Source of the DNA: an uncultured Acidimicrobiia bacterium
Lineage (GTDB): Bacteria; Actinomycetota; Acidimicrobiia; Spongiisociales; JAOTWH01
DNA length: 42,504 bases
Direction of reading: 5' to 3'
Assembly (NCBI GenBank): GCA_964538725.1
Contig: CAZIEQ010000001.1
Span: forward strand, 1-42,504
The first letter of the stretch is position 1, and each line of letters starts with the position of its first letter. Both the position numbers and the translations under genes were made by a program. Positions 7,089 through 16,351 of this stretch are shown here, in pieces. The notes below the pieces were generated by a model. That model searched no databases, was not told where the DNA came from, and saw nothing but the letters and a program-made list of their open reading frames with translations.

Positions 7089-9037
7089 ATCGTCCGTGCC
7101 GAAATGGTCACGTCGACCAGGGACGGCCCGCCGGTAACGCCCATCGCGGCTTGCAGAGCCGGTGCCAGCTCTTCGGGGTCTTCCACGTGGAAGCCTTCCC
7201 CCCCGCAGATACGGGCGTATTCGGCGAAGTCGGGGTTGTGCAGGCTGGTCTGCCACACCGTGCGCAGATCTCCCAGCTGCTCCCTGCTGATCTTTCCCAG
7301 CTCGCCGTCGTTGAGGACGATGTGGGTGATGTCCATGCCGTATTTGACCGCCGTTGTGAACTCGGCCAAGTACTGGCCGAGCCCGCCGTCTCCGGACACG
7401 GAGACGACCTTGCGTCTTCCCTTCACCGCCACCCAGGCGCCCAGCGCGGCCGGCAAGGCAAACCCGATCGATCCCAGATAGCCGCTCATGATGACGTCCT
7501 GGTCTCCGCTGCATTCGAAGTAGTGGCCGAATGCGTAGGTGTTGTTGCCCACGTCCACGGGGATGACTGCGTCGGCGGGCGCGACTGCGGACAGGACGTC
7601 GAACAACCTGGCCGGATGCATTCGTCCCTGCGGGTCGACCAGAGCGGCCCTGCGCTCCTTCTCGGTGCGCCAGCGCCCCCAGCGCGCCGCGACGTCGGTG
7701 CGCTGGTGGGGGCGGTTCACCGCCGGCAGCTCGGCACACAGCATGTCGAGGGTGACTCCGATATCAGCCCACAGCGGCACATCGATGGGGTGGATCTTCC
7801 CCAGCATCATGCGATCGAAGTCGACCTGGATGGTCGACTTCTTCTCCGAGATGCCGGTGTGGTTGGAGAACGATGCCCCCAACACCAGCAGACAGTCGGC
7901 CCTTCCCATCACCGCCGACCCCACCGGCGTGCCCGAACGGCCGAGGACACTGGCGGCAAGCGGATGGGAGTCGGCGATCATCCCTTTGGCCTTGAAGGTC
8001 GTTATGACGGGGGCGTCGATCTGTTCGGCGAGACGAATCACCGCGTGGCGAAACCGTCGGGCGCCGTTGCCACAGATGATGACCGGACGCTCGGCGCCGC
8101 GCAGCAGGTTGGCGGCGCGGTGGAATTCGGTGTCGGGGGGTGCGATGCGTTGTGCGGCGAGGCGGCCCGCCACCGGCCGAGGCGGCGGATCGTCGAGCCC
8201 GTCGAGTCCCTGCACATCGTCGGGAAACACGAGGTGGGCAACGTCCCGGTTCACGACGGCATGTTTGACGGCGAGGGCCATCAACTCGGTGGCGTTTTCG
8301 GGCCGCAGCACCGTCTGGCTCCACTCGGCCACTGCGGCAAACGCCTCCTGCAGCGGGACCTCCTGAAAAGCTCCCGGGCCCAGAACCTGCGTCTGCACCT
8401 GCCCGGTGAGGGCGAGTATCGGTACCCGGTCGACCTTGGCATCCCACAGGCCGGTGAGAAGGTTGGTGGCCCCGGGTCCGGCGATGGAGAAACATGCCGC
8501 CGGTCTGCCGGTCAGCTTGGCATAACCCGACGCGGCGAAAGCCGCTGCTCCCTCATGCCTGATACCGACATATGTGAGGCGCCCGTCGTCCTCGGCGCGG
8601 CGCAAAGCGTCGGCGAGCCCCAGGTTGGAGTGACCGACCATGCCGAATACGGCATCCACACCCCAGTCGGTCATGACGTCCACCATCTGATCCATCACCG
8701 ATGGGCGAGGTTCGATAACGGGGATCTCGACATACAGGGCGTCGGCCCGCTCCTCGACGGACAAGGGAGTAGCGGTGTCCCCATATCCTTCGGGAGGAGC
8801 TCCAGTCTGTGGGTGGTATTCGTATCCGTGCCACGGGCAGATGACACATCCGTGCTCGATCTGTCCATCGCCGAGAGGCCCGCCCTGATGAGGACACCGA
8901 TTGTCGAGGGCGCCCCATCCGGCGGCGGTACGGGTGATACACACCGCGCGGCCGCCGGCCAGGACCGTCGTCACAGTGTCGTCCTCCATGGACCCAGGAT
9001 CGACCCGATGCCATTCGGTGGGGGGTTTATCGCTCAT
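7085..9037 (-). CDS. Rieske [2Fe-2S] domain fused to a pyruvate-oxidase/acetolactate-synthase-family ThDP enzyme
   Basis: 650 aa. The N-terminal part has CPHQGGPL...CPWHGYEY (CxH...CxxH Rieske ligands). The rest is collinear with PoxB/ALS: RHEGAAAFAASGYAKLTG, AGPGATNLLTGL, GSIGFALPAALGA and the ThDP motif GDGGLGQ...VLNDGELG. Confidence 0.85.
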   Translation of the reverse strand: MSDKPPTEWHRVDPGSMEDDTVTTVLAGGRAVCITRTAAGWGALDNRCPHQGGPLGDGQIEHGCVICPWHGYEYHPQTGAPPEGYGDTATPLSVEERADALYVEIPVIEPRPSVMDQMVDVMTDWGVDAVFGMVGHSNLGLADALRRAEDDGRLTYVGIRHEGAAAFAASGYAKLTGRPAACFSIAGPGATNLLTGLWDAKVDRVPILALTGQVQTQVLGPGAFQEVPLQEAFAAVAEWSQTVLRPENATELMALAVKHAVVNRDVAHLVFPDDVQGLDGLDDPPPRPVAGRLAAQRIAPPDTEFHRAANLLRGAERPVIICGNGARRFRHAVIRLAEQIDAPVITTFKAKGMIADSHPLAASVLGRSGTPVGSAVMGRADCLLVLGASFSNHTGISEKKSTIQVDFDRMMLGKIHPIDVPLWADIGVTLDMLCAELPAVNRPHQRTDVAARWGRWRTEKERRAALVDPQGRMHPARLFDVLSAVAPADAVIPVDVGNNTYAFGHYFECSGDQDVIMSGYLGSIGFALPAALGAWVAVKGRRKVVSVSGDGGLGQYLAEFTTAVKYGMDITHIVLNDGELGKISREQLGDLRTVWQTSLHNPDFAEYARICGGEGFHVEDPEELAPALQAAMGVTGGPSLVDVTISARTI

Positions 9038-9187
9038 CGTCCGCCGACACTAGATCGCCGCCGGGTGGTGATGCGTGCGTCGCGTACGGCCATCGTTCGA
9101 ATTGGGCCGAAGATGGCAGATGGGCGGTGGACATACGGCACATGGATACCGGGAAGGGACGCGGTGATCGGTCGAAGACGGCGTAGG

Positions 9188-10369
9188 TCAGCCGGCCGCG
9201 ACCTGGGGGATGGGGAGGCCGGGCCGCCAGTCGGCGATGTCGATTGCTTCCCGCCGGGCCAATGCAGCGGCCAGCAGGTCGTCGGGTAGCTGGCGGTGAG
9301 CTTCGGCGAGTTCTCCTTCCGCCGCCGCGACCGCCACCGGACCCCCGCCGGACAGGTCGCACACCTCCCTGGCCCGCGCCGAAAGGTCGTGGGTCCCGAC
9401 ACGACGGGCCAGGCCGATGATCTCCTGTTTCGTCATGCCCAACAACGGGCGGAGGATGGGAACGTCGGTCGCCCGGTCGATGGCCACAAGATGGACCAGG
9501 GTCTGGCTCGACACTTGTCCGACTGCCTCCCCGGTTACCAGCGCCGGGATGGCCAAGGCCCCGGCGAGACGGCCGGCTGCCTCCACCATCAGCTGTTTCA
9601 GCACGACCTGCCTGACTCGGGGCTCTACCACCGCCTGCAGCGCACCCTTCACCGGTTGGAAGTCGACGACGTGCAGTGTCGTGCCCTCGCCGTGGCTCCA
9701 TCGCTTCCACAGTTCCAGTCCGACTGCGGCGGCGTGGTCGGATTGGGCGCAGTCGAGCTTGAAATGGATCAGGTCGACTGGGCAACCCCGCCTCATCATC
9801 ATCCACGCCGCCACCGGGGAGTCGAAACCGCCGGAGAGCAAGGCGAGGGCGCGTTCTTGGGTACCCAGCGGCAGCCCGTCGGGTCCGGGCCATGACCGTT
9901 CAACGAGGTAGGCGACTTCGTCGGCCACCTCGATACGTACCTCCACTTCGGGCCCGGTCAGATCCACTCCGGCAGAGCCGTCATACAGGACCGCGCCGAT
10001 GACACGCATGGCATCCATCGAGTTCCAGGCGTGGCTTCCTCGCCGTTTGAGACGGACGGCGTACGTTCGACCCGCGACGCGATCCCGGCTGCGGGCGCCA
10101 ATCTGAGCGGCGAGGTCTTCGAGGTCGGTGAAGGTGAACCTGTCGACGACGTCGACGCGCTGTACGCCGAACGTCCGGGCGGCGACTGCAGCCGCCGCAT
10201 CCAAGTCGACGGCCTCGACGACGAGCCGATTCCACCACAGCCTGTATACCCGGACCCCGGCAACGTCGTGCAGCCCCAAACGCAGGTTGGCTTCGACTCT
10301 GCGCCCGAAGGAACGGCGGGTCCACGACCCCTTTACGAACACCTCGCCGGAGATGGTCAGCAGCAGCAC
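9188..10369 (-). CDS. thiI: tRNA 4-thiouridine(8) synthase ThiI (THUMP + PP-loop; short form without rhodanese domain)
   Basis: It has the PP-loop SGGFDSPVAAW and a THUMP-like N-terminal half. I chose the start at GTG 10369 (VLLLTISGEVFVKG, like the usual ThiI N-terminus), because the longer ORF to 10480 would overlap the divergent arcA start. Confidence 0.8.
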   Translation of the reverse strand: MLLLTISGEVFVKGSWTRRSFGRRVEANLRLGLHDVAGVRVYRLWWNRLVVEAVDLDAAAAVAARTFGVQRVDVVDRFTFTDLEDLAAQIGARSRDRVAGRTYAVRLKRRGSHAWNSMDAMRVIGAVLYDGSAGVDLTGPEVEVRIEVADEVAYLVERSWPGPDGLPLGTQERALALLSGGFDSPVAAWMMMRRGCPVDLIHFKLDCAQSDHAAAVGLELWKRWSHGEGTTLHVVDFQPVKGALQAVVEPRVRQVVLKQLMVEAAGRLAGALAIPALVTGEAVGQVSSQTLVHLVAIDRATDVPILRPLLGMTKQEIIGLARRVGTHDLSARAREVCDLSGGGPVAVAAAEGELAEAHRQLPDDLLAAALARREAIDIADWRPGLPIPQVAAG

Positions 10370-10466
10370 CGCAGCAGTATCGCAGCCTGGGATACCTCGG
10401 CTGGCTGTGGCGTCGCATCGGGGGCCCGGAAAGGCCGGGCCGTTGGTGGCTACTCTCCGCAGCCGA

Positions 10467-11663
10467 ATGCCTGGTGTCACCTCTGAGATCGGTCGCTTAC
10501 GTACGGTGATCCTGCACCGTCCCGGAGCCGAAGTGGCCCGGCTGACTCCGGAAGTGAAAGAAGATCTGCTATTCGATGACCTTCTCTTCCTGGAGAAGGC
10601 GCGCGAAGAACACGACCGGTTCGCTGATCTTCTGCGGAGTCGCGGCGTCGAGGTGCTCTATCTGGCGGATCTGCTCACCGATGTTCTCAGCATGCCGCAG
10701 GCCCGCGCCGAGATTCTCACCCGGGTGGTCACACCGCAACTGCTGGGACCGACCGTCGCCGCGAGGCTGACAGCTCTGCTGTCTGATGCGGAGGTTTCAA
10801 CGGTGCGGCGGACCGTGGGTGGCGGCGTGCTGTGGAGCGAGCTGGACGACTGGGGAATACGTCCACCTTGGGCGGTCGACAACCTCTATGCCCTTCGCCC
10901 GGTTCCGAACCTGCTGTTCATGCGGGACAACGCTTCGTGGATCGGCTCGGGGGTGATGGTGGCTGTCCCCGCCCGTCCGGCTCGCAGCCGGGAGGCGGTG
11001 TTGCTGGACGCCATCTACCGGCACCATGAGCGTTTCGGTGATCCTGCCCGCTGGTACGGGCCTTCCGAAGGCGACGCTTCACCGGCGAGCATCGAAGGCG
11101 GCGACGTCATGGTGCTGTCGGCAGACACACTGCTGGTCGGGGTGTCGGAACGGACAACGCCGGCTGCCGTCGAGATCCTGGCTCGTCGCCTCTTTGCCGG
11201 GGACGGGGTGCGCACCGTGATGGTGGCCCATCTGCCGCGGCGCCGTGCCGTCATGCATCTCGACACGGTGTTCACCATGGTCGACCGGGCAACGTTCAAT
11301 GTCTTTCCAGGCATAGTCGACGAGTTGGCGGTTGACGTGTTGCATTCCGGCGGCGACGGCTGGGACGTCGAGCGGGGAGTTCCCATCGAAGCGGCCATAA
11401 GGGACGTTCTGGGTGTCGGCAACCCGGCGATGATCCCCACTGGGGGAGATGCGATCGGTCGGCTGCGTGAGCAGTGGGACGACGGCAACAACACGCTGGC
11501 GGTCGCCCCCGGTGTCGTGGTCGCCTATCAGCGCAACAGGGAGACCAACCGTCGTCTGCGTGAAGCCGGCATCGAGGTGCTCGAATTCGAGGCAGGTGAG
11601 CTGTGCCGCGGCCGAGGTGGGAGCCGGTGCATGGCCCAGCCGGTGGTGAGAGACCCCGTGTAG
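10467..11663 (+). CDS. arcA: Arginine deiminase
   Basis: An internal ATG of ORF 10128..11663 gives MPGVTSEIGRLRTVILHRPGAEVARLTPE...LLFDD, and near the C-terminus RGRGGSRCMAQPVVRD, which contains a Cys at the position expected for the catalytic residue. It is 398 aa, the usual ADI size. Confidence 0.85.
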   Translation: MPGVTSEIGRLRTVILHRPGAEVARLTPEVKEDLLFDDLLFLEKAREEHDRFADLLRSRGVEVLYLADLLTDVLSMPQARAEILTRVVTPQLLGPTVAARLTALLSDAEVSTVRRTVGGGVLWSELDDWGIRPPWAVDNLYALRPVPNLLFMRDNASWIGSGVMVAVPARPARSREAVLLDAIYRHHERFGDPARWYGPSEGDASPASIEGGDVMVLSADTLLVGVSERTTPAAVEILARRLFAGDGVRTVMVAHLPRRRAVMHLDTVFTMVDRATFNVFPGIVDELAVDVLHSGGDGWDVERGVPIEAAIRDVLGVGNPAMIPTGGDAIGRLREQWDDGNNTLAVAPGVVVAYQRNRETNRRLREAGIEVLEFEAGELCRGRGGSRCMAQPVVRDPV

Positions 11664-11671
11664 GCGGGGTG

Positions 11672-13195
11672 TCAATCCCCTTCGGTTGTGCCGGGTGTGT
11701 CGTCGTCGACGGGCTCCTCGGGGCATGCTCGGTCGAGGGACTCCAGGTTGAGGGCCGCCACCGCCTCCTCGGGCGGAAGCTCGAGGATCGTTGCTACTGC
11801 AGATCGGATCCCTGCAACGTCCGGTATGGGATAGCGGTCGGCGTTGCGGCCGGTGATGAAACGGGGGGGTATGAAACGGACACTCACCACCCTGGCGGTG
11901 TCGACGGCGGCGAGGACGTCGATCAGGTCGGGCAGGCCGGCGACGGGGATGTCGGTGGTGAGCGTGTCCTTGATGACGGGGACCAAGTCGGGGAACGCTC
12001 GCAGCAGCGCCACCGCGTCCGCTTGTTCCACCAGTGCCTCCAGGACGCACCGCTGGCGGCCCATCCGGTTGTAGTCGTCCGAGGACCGCCGTGAGCGGGC
12101 ATATGCCAGTGCGAGGTGGCCGTCCATGTCGTAGGTGCCGGGCAAGATGTCGATCACTTCGGTGCCACCGTCCTCGTGGGGATACGCCGAGTCGTATACC
12201 CGTTGGGGTACATAAACGGTGACACCGCCGAGAGCATCGATGAGATCGACGAAGCCCTGCAACTCCACCAGTGCGTAGAAGTGGATGTCGATGCCGAGCA
12301 ACTCCCCGATGCTGCCTTTGATCGCGGTGGCACCGCTGCTCGTCCCCCCGGGGAACAGATCTGGGTTGTTGAGTCCGTATTGGTATATGGCGTTGGCGAT
12401 GTCGGTGAAACCGTTGGGGAACTGTTGCGCCGCCGGGCCGGCGCCAAGAGGCATGTTGGTGAAGTTGCGCGGGATGCCGAACATGGCGGCGGCACCCGAG
12501 TCGGGGTCGATCGAGACGACGATCATCGTGTCGGTGCGGATGCCGCGGCGGCCCGGTCCGGCGTCACCGCCCATGAAGAGCACGTTGAGCCGCTCCCCTT
12601 CCTCCCACAGTGGTGAAGCCGTCGCCGGGGGCGCAGTTGTCGCGGTGGTCGGAGCCGGTGCTGCGAGCGTCGTTGACGTCCTGTCTCCGGCAGTCACCGG
12701 TGTTGTCGTCGAAGTGGTTGTGGACCCCAGCGGCGGGGCGGCTGCCGGCGGATCTGGTGCAAAAACCGAGGTGATCAGGTCGTGCTGCAACACGGCGTAG
12801 CGGGCGACGACGACGTGGGGTAGCAACGTCGCCACCAACAGCACCCCCAGCCCGGCGACGGCACCCAGCGTCGCCCACCTGGAACGCGGCCGGTACGCAT
12901 CGACGGAGCGGAAAGCATCGACCACGACGACGATGCGAAAGATGCCGACGGCTACGGCTGCAGCGAGCAATGCGAGTATCCATCGAGGCTGAACGCTGAG
13001 CTTGAGTAGGAATACCTCGCCCCGCGACCACAGCCAGACCCACACCGCGACGATCAGCGCGGCGATCGCAAGCATCCACGACGCCTTGCGGCTCCGCCCG
13101 GCGTACCACTGACCGGAGCCGGGGAGGAGCATCGATAGGACTGCGGCCAGAAAAGCCCGCGGTGTGGAGTGGGCGCGGAGACGGCGCGACACCAT
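11672..13195 (-). CDS. LytR-CpsA-Psr (LCP) family cell-wall glycopolymer ligase, membrane-anchored
   Basis: 507 aa with N-terminal TM helices, a Thr/Pro/Ala-rich linker and an LCP core (NVLFMGGDAGPGRRGIRTDTMIVVSIDP...FGIPRN...YARSRRSSDDYNRMGRQ). Confidence 0.85.
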   Translation of the reverse strand: MVSRRLRAHSTPRAFLAAVLSMLLPGSGQWYAGRSRKASWMLAIAALIVAVWVWLWSRGEVFLLKLSVQPRWILALLAAAVAVGIFRIVVVVDAFRSVDAYRPRSRWATLGAVAGLGVLLVATLLPHVVVARYAVLQHDLITSVFAPDPPAAAPPLGSTTTSTTTPVTAGDRTSTTLAAPAPTTATTAPPATASPLWEEGERLNVLFMGGDAGPGRRGIRTDTMIVVSIDPDSGAAAMFGIPRNFTNMPLGAGPAAQQFPNGFTDIANAIYQYGLNNPDLFPGGTSSGATAIKGSIGELLGIDIHFYALVELQGFVDLIDALGGVTVYVPQRVYDSAYPHEDGGTEVIDILPGTYDMDGHLALAYARSRRSSDDYNRMGRQRCVLEALVEQADAVALLRAFPDLVPVIKDTLTTDIPVAGLPDLIDVLAAVDTARVVSVRFIPPRFITGRNADRYPIPDVAGIRSAVATILELPPEEAVAALNLESLDRACPEEPVDDDTPGTTEGD

Positions 13196-13313
13196 GGAGT
13201 CACATTATGAGCAGGTCGTGTGTCTGGGCGGCATTCCACTGCTCGACGTGGACTTCACAACAGGTGGCAGGGGATCAGCGGCACCGGACCGTCTCTAGGC
13301 TATTGGGCCGCAC

Positions 13314-14312
13314 ATGGCGCTCGTCGAAGTCCGCGATCTGGTGAAGGTGTACCCGGGTGATGTGCGGGCGGTCGACGGAATCTCATTCGACGTCGCCGCC
13401 GGTGAGGTTTTCGGCTTCCTCGGTCCCAACGGTGCGGGTAAGACCACCACCATTCGCATACTGGTGACACTCCTCGACGCCACCGCAGGTGAGGCACGTG
13501 TCGACGGCCTCGACGTTGCCGCCGATGCCGAAGCGGTGCGACGCCGCGTCGGATATGCCGCCCAGTTCATTGCCGTCGACGACGACCTCACAGCTACCGA
13601 GAATCTCGTCCTGCAGGGCAGGCTGCACGGGGTGGCTGCTCGAGAAGCGAAGGTGAGAGCCGACCATCTGCTGGAGGTGTTCCAGTTGACCGACGTCGCC
13701 GGACGCCGTGTCGGTACCTTCAGCGGTGGAATGCGGCGGCGTCTCGACCTCGCCCAGGCACTCGTACATCACCCGACGCTCATCTTCCTCGACGAGCCGA
13801 CGACCGGCCTCGACCCACAGACGCGACGTGCCTTGTGGGATTACCTGCGGCGTCTCAACGACGACGGTGTCACGATTTTCCTCACCACCCAGTACATGGA
13901 GGAGGCGGATGCTCTCGCCAGCAGGCTCGCCATCGTGGATCAGGGAGGCATCGTCGTCCGCGGATCCCCCGCAGATCTGAAATCCGGGCTGGGCGGCGAT
14001 GCGGTGACGTTGACTCTGGCGCCCGGAGTCGACGGGGAGACCGGGCGGGTGGCAGCAGCCACGCTGGCGGGGATGGGAGCCACCGACGTCGGGGTGGAGG
14101 GGAGCATGGTGCACGGCTATCTCGCCGATGGGGGTTCCCGCCTCGTCGAAGTGGTGCGGGCGCTCGACGCTGCGGGGGTGTCCCTCGCCAGGGTCGAGAT
14201 GGACGAGCCCAGTCTGGACGAGGTGTTCCTGCGCCACACCGGGGGCCGCATGCGTGTCGAGGAGGTCAAGCCTCGAAGCAGGACGCTGCTTTCCCGGCGG
14301 AGGCGGCGGTGA
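13314..14312 (+). CDS. ABC transporter ATP-binding protein (DrrA/ABC-2 type, with C-terminal extension)
   Basis: Walker A GPNGAGKTT, signature FSGGMRRR and Walker B LIFLDEPTTGLD, plus a C-terminal domain of about 100 aa. Its stop overlaps the permease start (GTGA). Confidence 0.9.
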   Translation: MALVEVRDLVKVYPGDVRAVDGISFDVAAGEVFGFLGPNGAGKTTTIRILVTLLDATAGEARVDGLDVAADAEAVRRRVGYAAQFIAVDDDLTATENLVLQGRLHGVAAREAKVRADHLLEVFQLTDVAGRRVGTFSGGMRRRLDLAQALVHHPTLIFLDEPTTGLDPQTRRALWDYLRRLNDDGVTIFLTTQYMEEADALASRLAIVDQGGIVVRGSPADLKSGLGGDAVTLTLAPGVDGETGRVAAATLAGMGATDVGVEGSMVHGYLADGGSRLVEVVRALDAAGVSLARVEMDEPSLDEVFLRHTGGRMRVEEVKPRSRTLLSRRRRR

Positions 14313-15079
14313 TCCGTTCGCTGGTCGAGTCGGGGGTGTTGTGGCGCCGCAACTCCATCAAGTTGCTGCGAACTCCGGTTCTCGTTTTCTTCACACTTTT
14401 CCAGCCGCTGTTGTTTCTGCTCCTCTTCAGCCAGGTGTTCGATCGCCTCGCTCTCCTGCCCGGGTTCTCTTACGACAACTACCTGCAGTTCCTCACTCCG
14501 TCGATCATCGCCCTCACCGCGCTGAATTCGGCTTTTCAGTCCGGCATGGGCACCGTCACCGACATGGAGGACGGCCTGTTGGACAAGTTTCTCATCGCAC
14601 CGATTCGTCGCTCCAGCGTCCTCTTCGGCAGAGTTCTCAGCGATGCAACCCGGATGCTGGCTCAGGCTCTGATCATTGTTGCAGTGGCTTTCGTCATGGG
14701 AACCCGCTACGAGACGGGGATCCTCGGCGTAATGGCTGCGGTCGTCATTGCAGCTGTCTTCGGTGTCGCCTGGGCGGGCCTGTCGAACATCGTGGCTTTG
14801 CGCTCGGGCAACGCGGAGCTGACGATGATGATGGGGATCGTTGTCACCTTCCCCGTCTTGTTCCTTTCCACGGCGTTCATGCCCCAGCTGCTGCTTCCCG
14901 GCTGGCTGGACACGGTGGCGACATTCAACCCGATCACATACGTCGTAGAGGCCATCCGGTCTCTCGTCAACACGGGTTGGGCCTGGGGCGATATCGGTCA
15001 GGCGCTGGGGGTCGCCGCGGTGCTGGGAGTGGTGACCTTTTCGGGAGCCACCGCCGCGTTTCGCAAAGCCATCCGCTGA
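14309..15079 (+). CDS. ABC-2 type transporter permease
   Basis: GTG 14309 within ORF 13835..15079. It is 256 aa with six predicted TM segments in an ABC-2 layout, and is coupled to the ATPase gene. Confidence 0.8.
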   Translation: MIRSLVESGVLWRRNSIKLLRTPVLVFFTLFQPLLFLLLFSQVFDRLALLPGFSYDNYLQFLTPSIIALTALNSAFQSGMGTVTDMEDGLLDKFLIAPIRRSSVLFGRVLSDATRMLAQALIIVAVAFVMGTRYETGILGVMAAVVIAAVFGVAWAGLSNIVALRSGNAELTMMMGIVVTFPVLFLSTAFMPQLLLPGWLDTVATFNPITYVVEAIRSLVNTGWAWGDIGQALGVAAVLGVVTFSGATAAFRKAIR

Positions 15080-15170
15080 GGCGGTCTCAGGTCGGGCCCG
15101 GAGGCGGTGACTGTGGCGTTACGTTTCGGCACGCTCTCGGCCCGTACGGTGGCACACTTGGGAGGTGGAA

Positions 15171-15587
15171 ATGCTTCCCGCCGTCCGGTGCGCCTTGATA
15201 GCCCATGCCAGGTCGGTGGCGCCGGGGGAAGCCTGCGGCCTGTTGGGGGTCGATGCCGAGGCCGTTATCAGGCGTGGCTATCCCACCCGCAACGACTCCG
15301 CGGCACCAGCCGGGTTTGTCATCTCACCCGTCGAGCACCATCGAGTGCTGCAGGAAGCCGCCGCCGCGGGGCTGACCATCGGAGGTATCTATCACTCGCA
15401 TCCTCAGAGCCCGGCGGTGCCTTCGGCAGCCGACCTCGCCGGGGGTGGCGACCCCGACTGGGTTTATCTGATCGTCGGCCTGGCAGGCACGGGGTCACCT
15501 CAAGTGAGGGCGTACCGCCTGCGCGGCGGTACCCATCGGGCGCTCATCCTGCCGGCGCCGGCGCGACACTCGGCGAACAGCACCTAG
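15171..15587 (+). CDS. JAMM/MPN+ family metalloisopeptidase (Mec-like)
   Basis: ATG 15171 lies 5 nt after GGAGG. The catalytic Glu is in GEACGLL, and the JAMM motif is HSHPQSPAVPSAAD (HxHx7Sx2D). Confidence 0.75.
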   Translation: MLPAVRCALIAHARSVAPGEACGLLGVDAEAVIRRGYPTRNDSAAPAGFVISPVEHHRVLQEAAAAGLTIGGIYHSHPQSPAVPSAADLAGGGDPDWVYLIVGLAGTGSPQVRAYRLRGGTHRALILPAPARHSANST

Positions 15588-15598
15588 GCTCGCCGACC

Positions 15599-16351
15599 GT
15601 GCATGTAATCGTTCTCGGCGCAGCCGGCACTTATCCCGGCCCCGGCAAGCCATGCGCGGGCTTCCTCGTCCGCCACCACGACACCACTCTCCTCCTCGAC
15701 TGCGGCCCCGGCGTCTTGGGACCACTGATGGCGCGGATGCGCCCCGAGGATCTCGACGGCATCGTCGTCAGCCATATTCATCCCGACCATTGCTCCGACG
15801 TCTTCGTGTTGCAGCACTATCTGACCTTTGGCCCGGTCACAGCCGGCATACCGCTGCCTGCGATGGCGCCGGAGGGGGCGGTCGATGTGATGGCCAGATT
15901 CGCCCAGGCCGACGGCGACCAGCATCCGTTCTTCACCAGCTTCGCCTGGGACACGATCAGGCCCGGGGACCGGCGGCAGGTGGGGAGTCTCGAGTTGAGC
16001 TTCGGATACTCCGACCACCCGGTACCCACGCTCGCTACCAGGATCACCGCCGACGGGCGAGTACTCGCCTACTCCGCCGACACCGGCCGTGGCGGTGACG
16101 CGTTCGCTGTCGCCGCCGGCGCCGATCTCTTCATGTGTGAAGCCACCTGGCAGTCCGGCGATGACTGGATCGACGGTCTCCACATGTCGGCTGCAGCTGC
16201 GGGGGAACTGGCTGCCGCCGCCGACGTGAAGCGGCTGTTGCTCACCCACCTGCGGCCGGAAGTGTCGCTACAGCGCTCGGCTGAGGAAGCCGCGACAGAG
16301 TTCGGCCGGGATGTTCTGCTGGCAGTCCCCGGCCTGGAGGTGACAGTGTGA
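15599..16351 (+). CDS. MBL-fold metallo-hydrolase (positional counterpart of M. tuberculosis Rv1339)
   Basis: GTG 15599 within ORF 15107..16351. It has the HxHxDH motif (SHIHPDHCSD) and sits immediately upstream of, and coupled to, rph. Rv1339 has been reported as a cyclic-nucleotide phosphodiesterase; activity here is only inferred. Confidence 0.8.
   Translation: MHVIVLGAAGTYPGPGKPCAGFLVRHHDTTLLLDCGPGVLGPLMARMRPEDLDGIVVSHIHPDHCSDVFVLQHYLTFGPVTAGIPLPAMAPEGAVDVMARFAQADGDQHPFFTSFAWDTIRPGDRRQVGSLELSFGYSDHPVPTLATRITADGRVLAYSADTGRGGDAFAVAAGADLFMCEATWQSGDDWIDGLHMSAAAAGELAAAADVKRLLLTHLRPEVSLQRSAEEAATEFGRDVLLAVPGLEVTV

Noticed and set aside
4672-9037. A genomic island integrated at the tmRNA 3' end (Cys-rich ORF, MFS, hypothetical, Rieske-ThDP).
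   Set aside because: I saw no integrase or recombinase, no duplicated copy of the ssrA 3' end, and no mobility genes. Apart from the small ORF, composition looks like the rest of the window.
7151-9289. Very long ORFs antisense to or out of frame with assigned genes. Examples: 7151..9289 (+, 712 aa), 1623..2648 (-), 16242..17669 (-), 21072..22310 (-), 24816..26030 (-), 28683..30008 (-), 31510..32766 (-), 39656..40942 (-), 40512..41888 (-), 42047..42499 (-).
   Set aside because: Their translations are Arg/Pro/Gly/His-rich low-complexity strings with no motifs. They lie opposite genes with unambiguous conserved motifs. Long spurious frames are expected in high-GC DNA because stop codons are rare.
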